Both the position numbers and the translations under genes were made by a program. Of a stretch of 64,000 nt of DNA, positions 51,433 to 60,326 are shown one piece after another. This DNA is from an uncultured bacterium. GTDB taxonomy: Bacteria > Zixibacteria > MSB-5A5 > UBA10806. Below the pieces are notes generated by a model that worked only from the letters and a program-made list of their open reading frames with translations, made no database searches and was not told the origin of the DNA. The DNA lies in the NCBI GenBank assembly GCA_965541585.1, contig CBEUCH010000017.1:20874-84873 (forward strand), written 5' to 3'. Each line of letters begins with the position of its first letter. Position 1 is the stretch's first letter.

Positions 51433-51600
51433 GTAGGTCGGGTTTTGCTATGGTTAGAGGATTGAGAAACCCGACATAGGCTGAACCGTCGGCCCTTTCT
51501 CGGCTTTGGCTTGATAAAGGCCGACCTACGAAACTGGAATTGTAAGTCCTCTGTAGGGGCGTCTTACAGATCCGTAGGATATTGCAATACGCCCTTCCGG
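51433..51600. repeat. Cluster of GTAG-type REP-like palindromes
   Basis: GTAGGTCGGGTTT...AAACCCGAC; GTCGGCC...GGCCGACCTAC; GTAGGGGCG[18-bp insert]TATTGCAATACGCCC. Confidence 0.7.
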
Positions 51601-51608
51601 GTAAATCA

Positions 51609-52649
51609 CTATTTCAACAAAACCATCCGCCTTGATTCAGCCGTTTCTCCGGCCTGTAAGCGATAGAAGTAAATTCCGCTGGTAAGGTCGGAAGCGTCGA
51701 AGCTGATATGGTGGATGCCTGCTTGCCGGTATTCATCCAACAACGTTCTCACTTCTCGGCCAAGCAAATCATAAATCGTTAGCCTCACGAATTGAGCTTG
51801 AGGCATCGAAAAGGCGATGGTCGTCGATGAGTTAAACGGGTTGGGGTAGGCCGGAAAGACCTCGAATACCGAAGGAGGTTCACCGGATTGGTCCTCAATC
51901 TTTGTTTCAACGAGATCGATTATCTGGATCTTGGCGGCCTGCAAGATCTCTTTTGATTCATTGTCCTGAACGAAAACAACGACCTCGCAGCTATCTGCCA
52001 CAATGGGCTCATAAAGAACGAATTGACGGGCGAAACTGAGAGTGTCACCGTATTGTATAGTCAAGGGTTCACCCTCGGCGTCAGGTACCATATCCCTCAT
52101 TGTCTGGTTATGGATCTCAAGGCCATTGGGAGCCGGCCAGTATATGCCGCTTTCGGTTATGGCACAGTGTAAACGGAGACTATCATGAGCTATTTCATCG
52201 GTAGCAATAACCGATATATCGAGGTTCCCTTCTCCATCCTGGTAATCGTAACTGCCCGAAATCGTCATTTCCAGAGGACTGTCAAAATCCATTCGGGAAA
52301 CCAACAGACTATCCCAGATGGATCTATTGTAGCTCCCATCCAGGAGGCCGTCAACTATCAGATATGGGATCCATTCTATTTCATAAAAGACCGTTCTTGC
52401 TGTGTTTTCAGCAATGTTGTAATAATAAAATGGATCGTTTTGACTAGGCCACCAGGTATGGTAGCGGATGACCGCTATTTCTTCTTGATACTGCTCAACC
52501 AACTGGTCGAGATACAGGTTGCCCTGGGGTCAGCCGCCTCCCCCCGAAGTGTTGCTGAACAGTTCGCCGAGAACGAGCCTCTGGCTGGCATTGCTAATAG
52601 AGCAAAAAGACAGAAACATCATCCCGATTAGCACTAAATGCCTTTTCAT
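51609..52649 (-). CDS. Secreted Omp28/thioredoxin-fold protein with T9SS-A-like tail; in-frame TGA at codon 40 (probable selenocysteine)
   Basis: GGAGG RBS and ATG at 52649, signal peptide, RLVLGELFSNTSGGGG-TGA-PQGN in frame with the 51609-52502 ORF; IRYHTWWP-DPFY, P-LIVDG, H--MR, VVFVQ...ILQA. Confidence 0.8.
52491..52517 (-). promoter_or_regulatory. Bacterial SECIS-like hairpin
   Basis: CTG[TAT]CTCGACC-AGTT-GGTTGAG-CAG starting 12 nt after the TGA; apical loop with G at position 2, 25 nt from the TGA. Confidence 0.55.
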
Positions 52650-52768
52650 AATATCCTCCCGGCAAGGTATTTATCCCTGTTGCAGATCCCAGATGAAAAT
52701 TACACTTGTCTATCAATATAGATAATTGATTCTATTAAAATGTCAAGATGTTTCTAGACAATCAAAAC

Positions 52769-52829
52769 TGCCGGAGGGGGGATTTGAACCCCCACACCCT
52801 TGCGGGCACTGCGCCCTGAACGCAGCGCG
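52769..52829 (-). repeat. 3' fragment of tRNA-Leu(CAG), att-like copy
   Basis: 61 nt with 1 mismatch to 57218-57278; about 55 nt of downstream flank also homologous. Confidence 0.92.
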
Positions 52830-52849
52830 CCTTTCAGGCTAAATTATCA

Positions 52850-52888
52850 CTATTTCAACAAAACCATCCGCCTCGACTCAGCCGATTC
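52850..52888 (-). pseudogene. Orphan remnant of the sorting-tail 3' end (ESAESRRMVLLK*)
   Basis: CTATTTCAACAAAACCATCCGCC matches 51609 onward; no upstream ORF. Confidence 0.85.
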
Positions 52889-52908
52889 GGCGGCGGTCTA
52901 CGCTGACG

Positions 52909-53187
52909 CTAATCCGGGTGATAGCCCATGAGTTCGTCAACCTCCTCCAGCGAGAACCGATTCAACTTCACGACCTTGGCCAGCGAGCGGTAAACGTGAG
53001 GCACAATCATCCGAGCCTCATCCTTGCTGTCCACCTCCACAATTATCCACGCCTTATGTTCTCCGTCCTTGCAGCCCCAGTCCGCACGCGTCAGGAAATG
53101 TGAGCCGGTCCTAAGAAAAACCTGGACTGCTTTAATGCACGCTGATTCTTCAGCTTCGTGCGGAACCTCAATAAGAAATCTTGCCAT
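52909..53187 (-). CDS. Small hypothetical protein (ferredoxin-like dimeric barrel type)
   Basis: MARFLIEVPH...C...WGC-DG-H-AW-IVE; GGAG RBS. Confidence 0.7.
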   Translation of the reverse strand: MARFLIEVPHEAEESACIKAVQVFLRTGSHFLTRADWGCKDGEHKAWIIVEVDSKDEARMIVPHVYRSLAKVVKLNRFSLEEVDELMGYHPD

Positions 53188-53226
53188 AACAGTAAATCTC
53201 CTTACAGCGAATTGTATCGAACGTAA

Positions 53227-53712
53227 TTAATTAGAACTCCGCTCAAACAGCGCATTGTAGATTTTTGAAGGGATACACAGATCAGTGAAAGTGACCAGAA
53301 ACGCCGAAGAGAGTAGAGCGGCACCCACAATGTAGACGACTGTGAAATTACCCTGATAAAAATAGTAATTGATAACCGCCAGCATGACCGTGGCCATTGC
53401 GCATGCGAACCGTGCCTGGTTGGGCCGGGGCGGTAGTTTGGGGCGGCCTATTAAATGTCTGACTCCGTAATTAAACAGGTAATCGATCGGATGATAAGGT
53501 GGCAGCATTCCCAATAAGGCAACACCGTTGGCGATCAGCAAGAACGGCTGGCTTTTGAAGGCCAGGCCTATTATCACCAGACTCATACAGGTGAAATAAG
53601 CGAACCTGCTTCCGAAACGATGCTGGCGTAATTGAGCATCTGTAAAACCACGGAGACCCTGTTCCTCGAGACGCCTTTTAGACCACGAAGCAATCGTATT
53701 TTCATTGCTCAT
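53227..53712 (-). CDS. DUF4395-like membrane protein
   Basis: P-RFA motif, TM helices, C-terminal DLCIPS-IY. Confidence 0.75.
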   Translation of the reverse strand: MSNENTIASWSKRRLEEQGLRGFTDAQLRQHRFGSRFAYFTCMSLVIIGLAFKSQPFLLIANGVALLGMLPPYHPIDYLFNYGVRHLIGRPKLPPRPNQARFACAMATVMLAVINYYFYQGNFTVVYIVGAALLSSAFLVTFTDLCIPSKIYNALFERSSN

Positions 53713-53781
53713 TGACTTTCCTCAGCTTTGTTTACTTTGTCGGACGACTATTCAAGGCCCTCATCTACCGGGCTAATTCTC

Positions 53782-54543
53782 CTATTTGGGATCCGGATCC
53801 GCCTCCTCGCGCGGGCGACCGAGCTTCAAGAACGGAATGAGCATCGGAACTCGCCTGGCATACTGTATATAAGTCTCGCCGTGGAGTTTTCTCAGATCGC
53901 GTTCCTCGAAGGCAATACCGACAAAAATGTAACCTGTGGTCATGATGGCGAAAAAGAGGTGTCCCATACTCATATGTGGAGTGGCCCAGAATGCGATGAC
54001 GAATCCCAGCATAATGGGATGGCGAATGTGCTTATAGAAGCTTCTTTCTACAAAGGCAGGAGGCTGAAAGTCTCTCTTCTGTAAGTAGCGCGTAATCTGC
54101 TTCAGCCCGAAAAGCTCAAAGTGATCGACAAGGAATGTCGAAATAAGCACCAATCCCCAGCCGAGCCAGAAGAGAACCTGCAGGACCATACCTCCGGTGC
54201 CCTCCACATGCCAGATAGTGCCATTGAGCGGACGCCATTGCCAGAATATCAGCACGAAAGTGATATTCGTGAGCAGCACATATGTCGAGCGTTCGGCAGG
54301 TTCCGGAATAAACCTGGTAATCCAGGCCTTGAAACTGGCACGGGGCATTAGCGAATGCTGGAGAGCGAATAAGCCAAGAATGAGAGCGTTTATCAAAAGT
54401 GCTTTTCCAAGCGGATCGGCGGCTGTTGAATCGATAGATTCAGGTACCCAGATATTCCCCACAAATCCTATCGCATAAAGAAAAACGCACAGGAAGAATA
54501 CATAAGCGAAAACGCCGTAGAGAAATACTAATACTCTCTTCAT
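53782..54543 (-). CDS. mddA: Methanethiol S-methyltransferase (MddA; ICMT/NnrU family)
   Basis: FLYAIGFVGN, FALQHS-M-R-FK, ERSTYVL, HFELFGL-Q, YK-IRHP-MLGF, WATP-M, EERDL. Confidence 0.88.
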   Translation of the reverse strand: MKRVLVFLYGVFAYVFFLCVFLYAIGFVGNIWVPESIDSTAADPLGKALLINALILGLFALQHSLMPRASFKAWITRFIPEPAERSTYVLLTNITFVLIFWQWRPLNGTIWHVEGTGGMVLQVLFWLGWGLVLISTFLVDHFELFGLKQITRYLQKRDFQPPAFVERSFYKHIRHPIMLGFVIAFWATPHMSMGHLFFAIMTTGYIFVGIAFEERDLRKLHGETYIQYARRVPMLIPFLKLGRPREEADPDPK

Positions 54544-54640
54544 TTGAACTCCATTGTTTATGGTTCAGGTGCGTAAGTCCGCGGACGGTGCCTCGAGTGT
54601 CAGAACGCCTCTCAGCGTAATATTAAACATAGACCCACAG

Positions 54641-54669
54641 AATCTATGAATGTCAGAGGATGGTGTCAA
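54641..54669 (-). promoter_or_regulatory. Sigma70 promoter of the mddA operon
   Basis: TTGACA-N17-TAGATT. Confidence 0.65.
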
Positions 54670-54766
54670 GTTATTATTTAGGTTCTTTTGGGGCAATTGG
54701 CGTTGCCGTAGAAGGACTTACGCCATATTCCGTTCCGCTCTATCCTGCCATAATAATAATCAATAC

Positions 54767-54830
54767 TGCTGGGGATGGAATTTAAACCGACACGCCCTTA
54801 TGGGCACTGCGCCCTGAACGCAGCGCGTCT
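54767..54830 (-). repeat. Degenerate 3' fragment of tRNA-Leu(CAG)
   Basis: 29-nt core GGGCACTGCGCCCTGAACGCAGCGCGTCT identical to the tRNA; T arm and acceptor side diverged. Confidence 0.85.
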
Positions 54831-54969
54831 GCGATGTGAAGTCTCACTTGTTCAGTCAGATCGTCCTACGGATCCGTATGGATAGGCGAAGCCGTGACCT
54901 GACTGATCTTATTAAGCTAAAATCGGCAGTCCACGCTTTGCAGCTACGAACTGCCGGAACTTCTAAATC

Positions 54970-57099
54970 CTATTTCAACAGCACCATCCGCCTTGATTCA
55001 ACAAGAACACCGGCCTGCAGCCGATAGAAATAGACCCCGCTCGCAAGATCGGAAGCGTCGAAGCTGATATTGTGAATGCCTGCTTGCCGGTATTCATCCA
55101 ACAACGTTCTCACCTTCCGGCCGAGCAGATTATAAACCGTGAGGGTGACCTGTTGCGGTTCCGGTAATGAAAAGGTGATTCGCGTTGAAGCGTTGAAGGG
55201 GTTGGGGTAGTTGGGGGCCAGGAAGAAGGTCTGGGAGATTATCTCGGATTCATCATCTATTCCGGTTTGGCCCTCATATTGCAGGATCACAAGAGAACGA
55301 TTATTTGCCAGATACGTATATGCGCCTGAGACGAAAACTCCGTTGGAGACGAAATTGGAGGCTTCATAGATTCCTGCCAACGAAGGCATGGCGGGATTTG
55401 AAACATCGAGTATATATAATCCTCGACTCCTGGTAGCGATATGCGCGTAAACGCCGGAAACGAATATTCCTCGTGCGCCGTTAAAGATTCTAAATCTCCC
55501 CGCTACGGAAGGATTATAAGGATCGGAGATGTTTATTGTAACAAATTCGTCCGAATCTAACGCCATATAAGCATAATCGTCTTTAATAAAAATATCGTAA
55601 GCGTTACCGGAAGTTTCGCAATCTCCGACAAATTCGGGATTGGTCGGATTGGAGATATCCAGAATCTGTATTCCCGCGCCCCACGCTGCAAGATATGCGT
55701 AATCTTGAGAAACAACTACTCCGTAAGCATAATTGGGAATGTCATAATCTCCGACAAGAACGGGGTTTGTTGGATCAGAAACATCAATTATGTAAAATCC
55801 GAACATATAAGTAGTAGTCACGTAGGCATAGCCGTTCGCTACAAAAATTCCTCTGGCATGGCCCGGAATAGTATAGTTTCCGGCAAATGTAGGATCTGCG
55901 GGGTCGGAAACATCTATTATCTGCAAGCCGGATTCTCTATCAGCGACATAGGCGAAATCGCCGTCTACGAAAACTCTATATGCGAGATCCGGAGTGTCAT
56001 AACTTCCAACCACCGACGGGATGGCTGGATTCGAGATGTCAACAATATACAGTCCCGAGAAACTGCCCGCGGCATACGCGTAATTACCTTCTACGAAAAC
56101 ATGCTTAATTTCTGACGCAATATTGAGGCCTCCTCTTAAGAACGGGCTCGTGGGGTCGGAGACATCGAATATATCGATACCGGTCATTCCACCGGTCAGA
56201 TAAACAAAATTATTCGAAGCGTAAATAATGTATCCTGTCTCGAGATTACAACTGCCCACCAACGATAGGTTCGGCGGGTCAGAAATGTCCAGGATTTCAA
56301 ATCCCAGGCCAGTTCCCACGTACAGGTAGTCTAGCAGAGTATAAACATGAAATGCGTACCCGGGGATATCGAAACTTTCTGCCAGCATTGGGTTCGCCGG
56401 GTCCGAGACATCCACGATTTGTAACTCGGAAGTTCCGTTTGTAACGTAAGCATAGCCTCCCGAGACAGCGACATCTTCAATCTGGCCGGCGGTTTCGCAA
56501 TTAGTCACTAATACAGGATCATACGGATCGGAGATGTCAACTATCTGTAATCCGCTATTGCCTGCCGCTATATAGGCATAATCGTCCAGAAGAAATATCT
56601 CGAATCGCGGGGGATAAACATAGCAATCTCCCGCTGGCGAGGGATTGTAGGGGTCGGAAATATCAATAATCTCCAGACCGGGCGGTCCGCCGATTGCATA
56701 GGCGTAATCGCCTCTTACGGCAACATTCCTGCAATATCCATCTGTTTCGTGCGATGCGACCAGTATTGGATTCGCGGGATCGGTGACGTTAATTATAAGA
56801 AGACCAAACCGGAATTCAGCCACATAAGCGTAGGTGCGAGAGTACCAGCCGGAAATATCTACCGCCATAGGTGACCCGGTGATGTAAAATCGACTTACAA
56901 AAGTTGGCTCGTCCGGATTAGAAATATCGTATATTACAAGGCCGTTATGGAAAATACAGTAAGCATAATCGCCGTCGATCTTTACGTCCTTGGCATGGGA
57001 CCACAATGCCGATCCGATATATTCAACATCCTGTGCTAATGCGGAACCGGCGAATGACAGGCATGATACTGCCAACATCAAAATTACGGCTATTCTCAT
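54970..57099 (-). CDS. Secreted LVIVD-repeat beta-propeller protein with T9SS-A-like tail
   Basis: About 14 repeats of YAY-A---GL-I-D-SDP--P--VG; tail NYPNPFN...ESRRMVLLK; AGGAGG RBS. Confidence 0.9.
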   Translation of the reverse strand: MRIAVILMLAVSCLSFAGSALAQDVEYIGSALWSHAKDVKIDGDYAYCIFHNGLVIYDISNPDEPTFVSRFYITGSPMAVDISGWYSRTYAYVAEFRFGLLIINVTDPANPILVASHETDGYCRNVAVRGDYAYAIGGPPGLEIIDISDPYNPSPAGDCYVYPPRFEIFLLDDYAYIAAGNSGLQIVDISDPYDPVLVTNCETAGQIEDVAVSGGYAYVTNGTSELQIVDVSDPANPMLAESFDIPGYAFHVYTLLDYLYVGTGLGFEILDISDPPNLSLVGSCNLETGYIIYASNNFVYLTGGMTGIDIFDVSDPTSPFLRGGLNIASEIKHVFVEGNYAYAAGSFSGLYIVDISNPAIPSVVGSYDTPDLAYRVFVDGDFAYVADRESGLQIIDVSDPADPTFAGNYTIPGHARGIFVANGYAYVTTTYMFGFYIIDVSDPTNPVLVGDYDIPNYAYGVVVSQDYAYLAAWGAGIQILDISNPTNPEFVGDCETSGNAYDIFIKDDYAYMALDSDEFVTINISDPYNPSVAGRFRIFNGARGIFVSGVYAHIATRSRGLYILDVSNPAMPSLAGIYEASNFVSNGVFVSGAYTYLANNRSLVILQYEGQTGIDDESEIISQTFFLAPNYPNPFNASTRITFSLPEPQQVTLTVYNLLGRKVRTLLDEYRQAGIHNISFDASDLASGVYFYRLQAGVLVESRRMVLLK

Positions 57100-57217
57100 C
57101 ACAGCCTCCTGTGAGGTATTTATCTCCAAGCCGATCGCAGATGCAACCAAGTTGATCTCCTAATATAGATAGCTAATTCTACTAATATGTCAAGGTGTTT
57201 ATAGACAATCAAATCAT

Positions 57218-57301
57218 TGCCGGAGGGGGGATTTGAACCCCCGCACCCTTGCGGGCACTGCGCCCTGAACGCAGCGCGTCTACCAGTTCCGCCACTCCGG
57301 C
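57218..57301 (-). tRNA. tRNA-Leu (anticodon CAG)
   Basis: GCCGGAGTGGCGGAACTGGTAGAC...CTGCG-TTCAGGG-CGCAG...GTTCAAATCC...CTCCGGCA. Confidence 0.96.
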
Positions 57302-57456
57302 TTGAAATGCTGTCCGTTCGGGATTTCTACTTACCCCGAAGGTATTCAAATAATAAAAGACGCTGCAGATTTGCGCAAGCCATAATTGGCCTGCATGCAC
57401 TCCAGGCGGCCAACAAAAAGCTTGAATGTTCAAAATAGCTGTCATATAAACCAGCT

Positions 57457-57939
57457 ATGGCAGCCAAAGACCTCGGAGAATCCAAAGACGGCGTTAAGGT
57501 TGTAGCCACCAACCGCAAGGCGCGCCGCGATTACGAAGTGCTGGAGTCAATCGAGGCGGGATTATCGCTTCTGGGCAGCGAGGTTAAGTCGCTTCGGTCG
57601 GGCAATGCCAACCTCAAGGACTCCTATGCCCTGCCAAGAGGTAAAGAGATATTCCTGATGAATATGCATATTGCCGCTTACGAGAAGACCGGCTTTTCGG
57701 GCCACGAGCCGGAACGTCCAAGGAAGCTTCTCATGCACGACAAGGAAATACGAAAATTCATTTTGCTGACCGAGACCAAAGGGATGACCCTGGTACCTCT
57801 CAGGGTCTATTTCAAAGGCAAATATGCCAAGGTTGAGCTGGCCGTCTGCCGGGGCAAGCACAGCCGCGACAAGAGAGCCGTCATAATCGAAAGAGAGACT
57901 CGCAGGGAAATGGAAAGGGAAATCAAGCGCCGACGATGA
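57457..57939 (+). CDS. smpB: SsrA-binding protein
   Basis: NRKARRDY, EAGL-L-GSEVKSLR, R-RKLL-H, RGK--DKR. Confidence 0.97.
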   Translation: MAAKDLGESKDGVKVVATNRKARRDYEVLESIEAGLSLLGSEVKSLRSGNANLKDSYALPRGKEIFLMNMHIAAYEKTGFSGHEPERPRKLLMHDKEIRKFILLTETKGMTLVPLRVYFKGKYAKVELAVCRGKHSRDKRAVIIERETRREMEREIKRRR

Positions 57940-59447
57940 ACTTCAGATGCTCTTATCTGTATAACCTGTTGATGCGATCCTTACTATTGAGCATGTTTCT
58001 GATCGGGTCGGCCTACGGGGCAACCATTACCGGCCTGAAGCTTCCGGAGGGGCAGGAGACCCGGCTCGAGGCTTTCCGGATCGAAGGTGAGTATTATATC
58101 AAATCCTCCTCCCTGGCAAAATTCCTGGAGGGTGAAGAGACTATTGATTTTTTCGATAAGACGGGTGGTATCGAATTCGCTGATTTCGAGATCGAATACA
58201 GCCTGTTTTCGACCTTCATAAAATGCGGTGAGAATATCTACAATATCTATAAGCCGGTGCAATTCAGGGACGGCGCCTTCATTCTTCCTGTGAGATATCT
58301 GTCCGACATTCTTAATCGGGTCTCCCCTGATGATTTCAGCTGGGATGGCGAGACGCTTACCGTCTCGCCGCCGGTCTATAATGTAACGGGGATTAACGCC
58401 ATTCAAAAAATAAACGGCCTTCTGATCGAGATAGAGCTTAAAGAGAAGCTTCGATTCGATGCCGTCAAAACCGACGACAGCTGGCTGATCGTAACCGTTT
58501 CGGACGGTAAAGTCGATAGCCTGGCGTTTACCAGGCGAATTCCGGTTCCCCCGGTTTACGCGGTTAAAACCTACCAATTCGACAGGTCGGCACAGGTCTC
58601 AGTTCGTCTGCGGCCACGTGATTTCACATTCACCACCAAACTAAAAACGAATCCATATAGAATCCAGATACTCGTCCGTGGTGAGGGTTTTATGGATCAC
58701 TCCATGAGCGCCCAAAAGGATACCATCGCTGATTTTTCCAACAATCCCATAGATGTTATCGTTATCGATCCCGGGCATGGCGGCGAGGACATAGGTGCCA
58801 TCGGACCTGCCAGTACTCAGGAGAAAGATGTCGCACTGAAGATATCAAGATACCTTAACAGGCTTCTGAAAGACGATGGCCGCTTCAATCCAATCATGAC
58901 CAGGCAGGACGATATGCTTGTATTGTTATCCGAAAGGACGGCCTTGGCGAATTCAGTCGGCGGCGATATGTTTGTTTCGATACACGCCAACGCCTCCGAA
59001 AACGAAAAAGCCCGGGGCATTATATCATATTTTCTGGCGGACGCCAAGACCGATGAGGCCAGAGCCACCGCCACCCTTGAAAATGCCTCGATCAGGTTTG
59101 AGGATGTGGAATCACAGCGACAGTATCTTACGGATTTAGATTTCACATTGAGAGATATGATACAGACTGAATTCCAGCGCGAATCGGCGGATCTTGCGGA
59201 TATTATCCAGCAGAGGATCAAAAAGGCTACAGGGATAAAAAGCCGCGGAGTTGACCAGGCGGGATTTTTCGTCCTGGATAAGGCTTATATGCCGGCCGTG
59301 TTGGTCGAAACCGCCTTCATCTCCAATAAGATGGATGAACAACTTCTCGCGGATGAGAATTTTCAATCCAAGGTGGCACAGGCAATATACGAATCTATTG
59401 TGGCTTTCAAGGAAAAATATGAATCCGATAATAGCGCCTCAAAATAA
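57936..59447 (+). CDS. N-acetylmuramoyl-L-alanine amidase (Amidase_3, AmiC-like)
   Basis: IDPGHGG-D-GA, EK, SIHANA, PAVLVETAFISN; start may be ATG 57972. Confidence 0.9.
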   Translation: MNFRCSYLYNLLMRSLLLSMFLIGSAYGATITGLKLPEGQETRLEAFRIEGEYYIKSSSLAKFLEGEETIDFFDKTGGIEFADFEIEYSLFSTFIKCGENIYNIYKPVQFRDGAFILPVRYLSDILNRVSPDDFSWDGETLTVSPPVYNVTGINAIQKINGLLIEIELKEKLRFDAVKTDDSWLIVTVSDGKVDSLAFTRRIPVPPVYAVKTYQFDRSAQVSVRLRPRDFTFTTKLKTNPYRIQILVRGEGFMDHSMSAQKDTIADFSNNPIDVIVIDPGHGGEDIGAIGPASTQEKDVALKISRYLNRLLKDDGRFNPIMTRQDDMLVLLSERTALANSVGGDMFVSIHANASENEKARGIISYFLADAKTDEARATATLENASIRFEDVESQRQYLTDLDFTLRDMIQTEFQRESADLADIIQQRIKKATGIKSRGVDQAGFFVLDKAYMPAVLVETAFISNKMDEQLLADENFQSKVAQAIYESIVAFKEKYESDNSASK

Positions 59448-60243
59448 GCCCATCGGTATTTTTGATTCCGGAATCGGAGGTCTGACCGTTGCCGCCGAGA
59501 TTTTCCGGCAACTGCCGAATGAAGATGTCGTCTATTTTGGCGATACCGGAAGATATCCTTACGGTCCGCGCTCCTCACGGATAATAAAAGGGTTTTCCGC
59601 TCAAGATGTAAACTTCCTTCTGGAGCAAAGCGTAAAATTCGTGGTGGTGGCCTGCAATACCGCCAGCGCTATGGCCCTCGGTCATATTGAGAAGATATGC
59701 AGCGTCCCGATCATCGGCGTGATCCATCCCGGTGCGGCCGCCGCCGCCAGAAAAACGAAGACCAGGAGGATCGGCGTCATCGGAACGCAGGGCACGATTG
59801 AATCATCGTCTTATCAACGGGCGCTCAAATCACTGGATAGCGCCTTTAAGATTTACGCTAAAGCCTGCCCGCTGTTTGTGGCGCTGGCCGAGGAAGGATA
59901 CGTTGACAAGCCTGCAGCCCTTATGATTGCCGCGGACTATCTAAGGGAAATGAAAAGAAGGAAGATCGATACGCTGGTTCTGGGATGTACTCATTACCCG
60001 CTTCTTAAGAAGACTATAAAGCACGTAATGGGCGGAGCCGTCGAACTGATAGATTCAGCCGACGAAACGACCAGGGCGCTAAAGGCGGCACTTATAAAAT
60101 CTGGATTACTGAATGAAAGTCGACAGGCCGGAAAGAAGAAGTTTTACGTGTCGGATTCACCGGAGAAGTTTAAAAAGATCGGCGAGCGATTCTTGCGACA
60201 GCGAATCGGCAAGGTGGAATTGATCGATATCAACTCTTATTGA
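59419..60243 (+). CDS. murI: Glutamate racemase
   Basis: IFDSGIGGL, PYGPRS, VACNTAS, LGCTHYP. Confidence 0.96.
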   Translation: MNPIIAPQNKPIGIFDSGIGGLTVAAEIFRQLPNEDVVYFGDTGRYPYGPRSSRIIKGFSAQDVNFLLEQSVKFVVVACNTASAMALGHIEKICSVPIIGVIHPGAAAAARKTKTRRIGVIGTQGTIESSSYQRALKSLDSAFKIYAKACPLFVALAEEGYVDKPAALMIAADYLREMKRRKIDTLVLGCTHYPLLKKTIKHVMGGAVELIDSADETTRALKAALIKSGLLNESRQAGKKKFYVSDSPEKFKKIGERFLRQRIGKVELIDINSY

Positions 60244-60326
60244 TTTCCCTGGCCTTTGTTTTTTCAGAATCATGCAAGATCCCACAGAAGAACAGGGCAA
60301 TTTCCAATTATCGAACGAGTAGCATC

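Noticed and set aside
52769..54830. Two additional functional tRNA-Leu genes
   Set aside because: Both copies lack the 5' acceptor strand and most of the D arm; the 54767 copy also has a broken T arm.
49600..57300. CRISPR array or prophage
   Set aside because: No regularly spaced short repeats with unique spacers; no cas, phage structural or integrase genes.
57209..57518. Short ORFs overlapping tRNA genes (also 4995-5192, 40640-40855, 60907-61122)
   Set aside because: They are translations of tRNA sequence.
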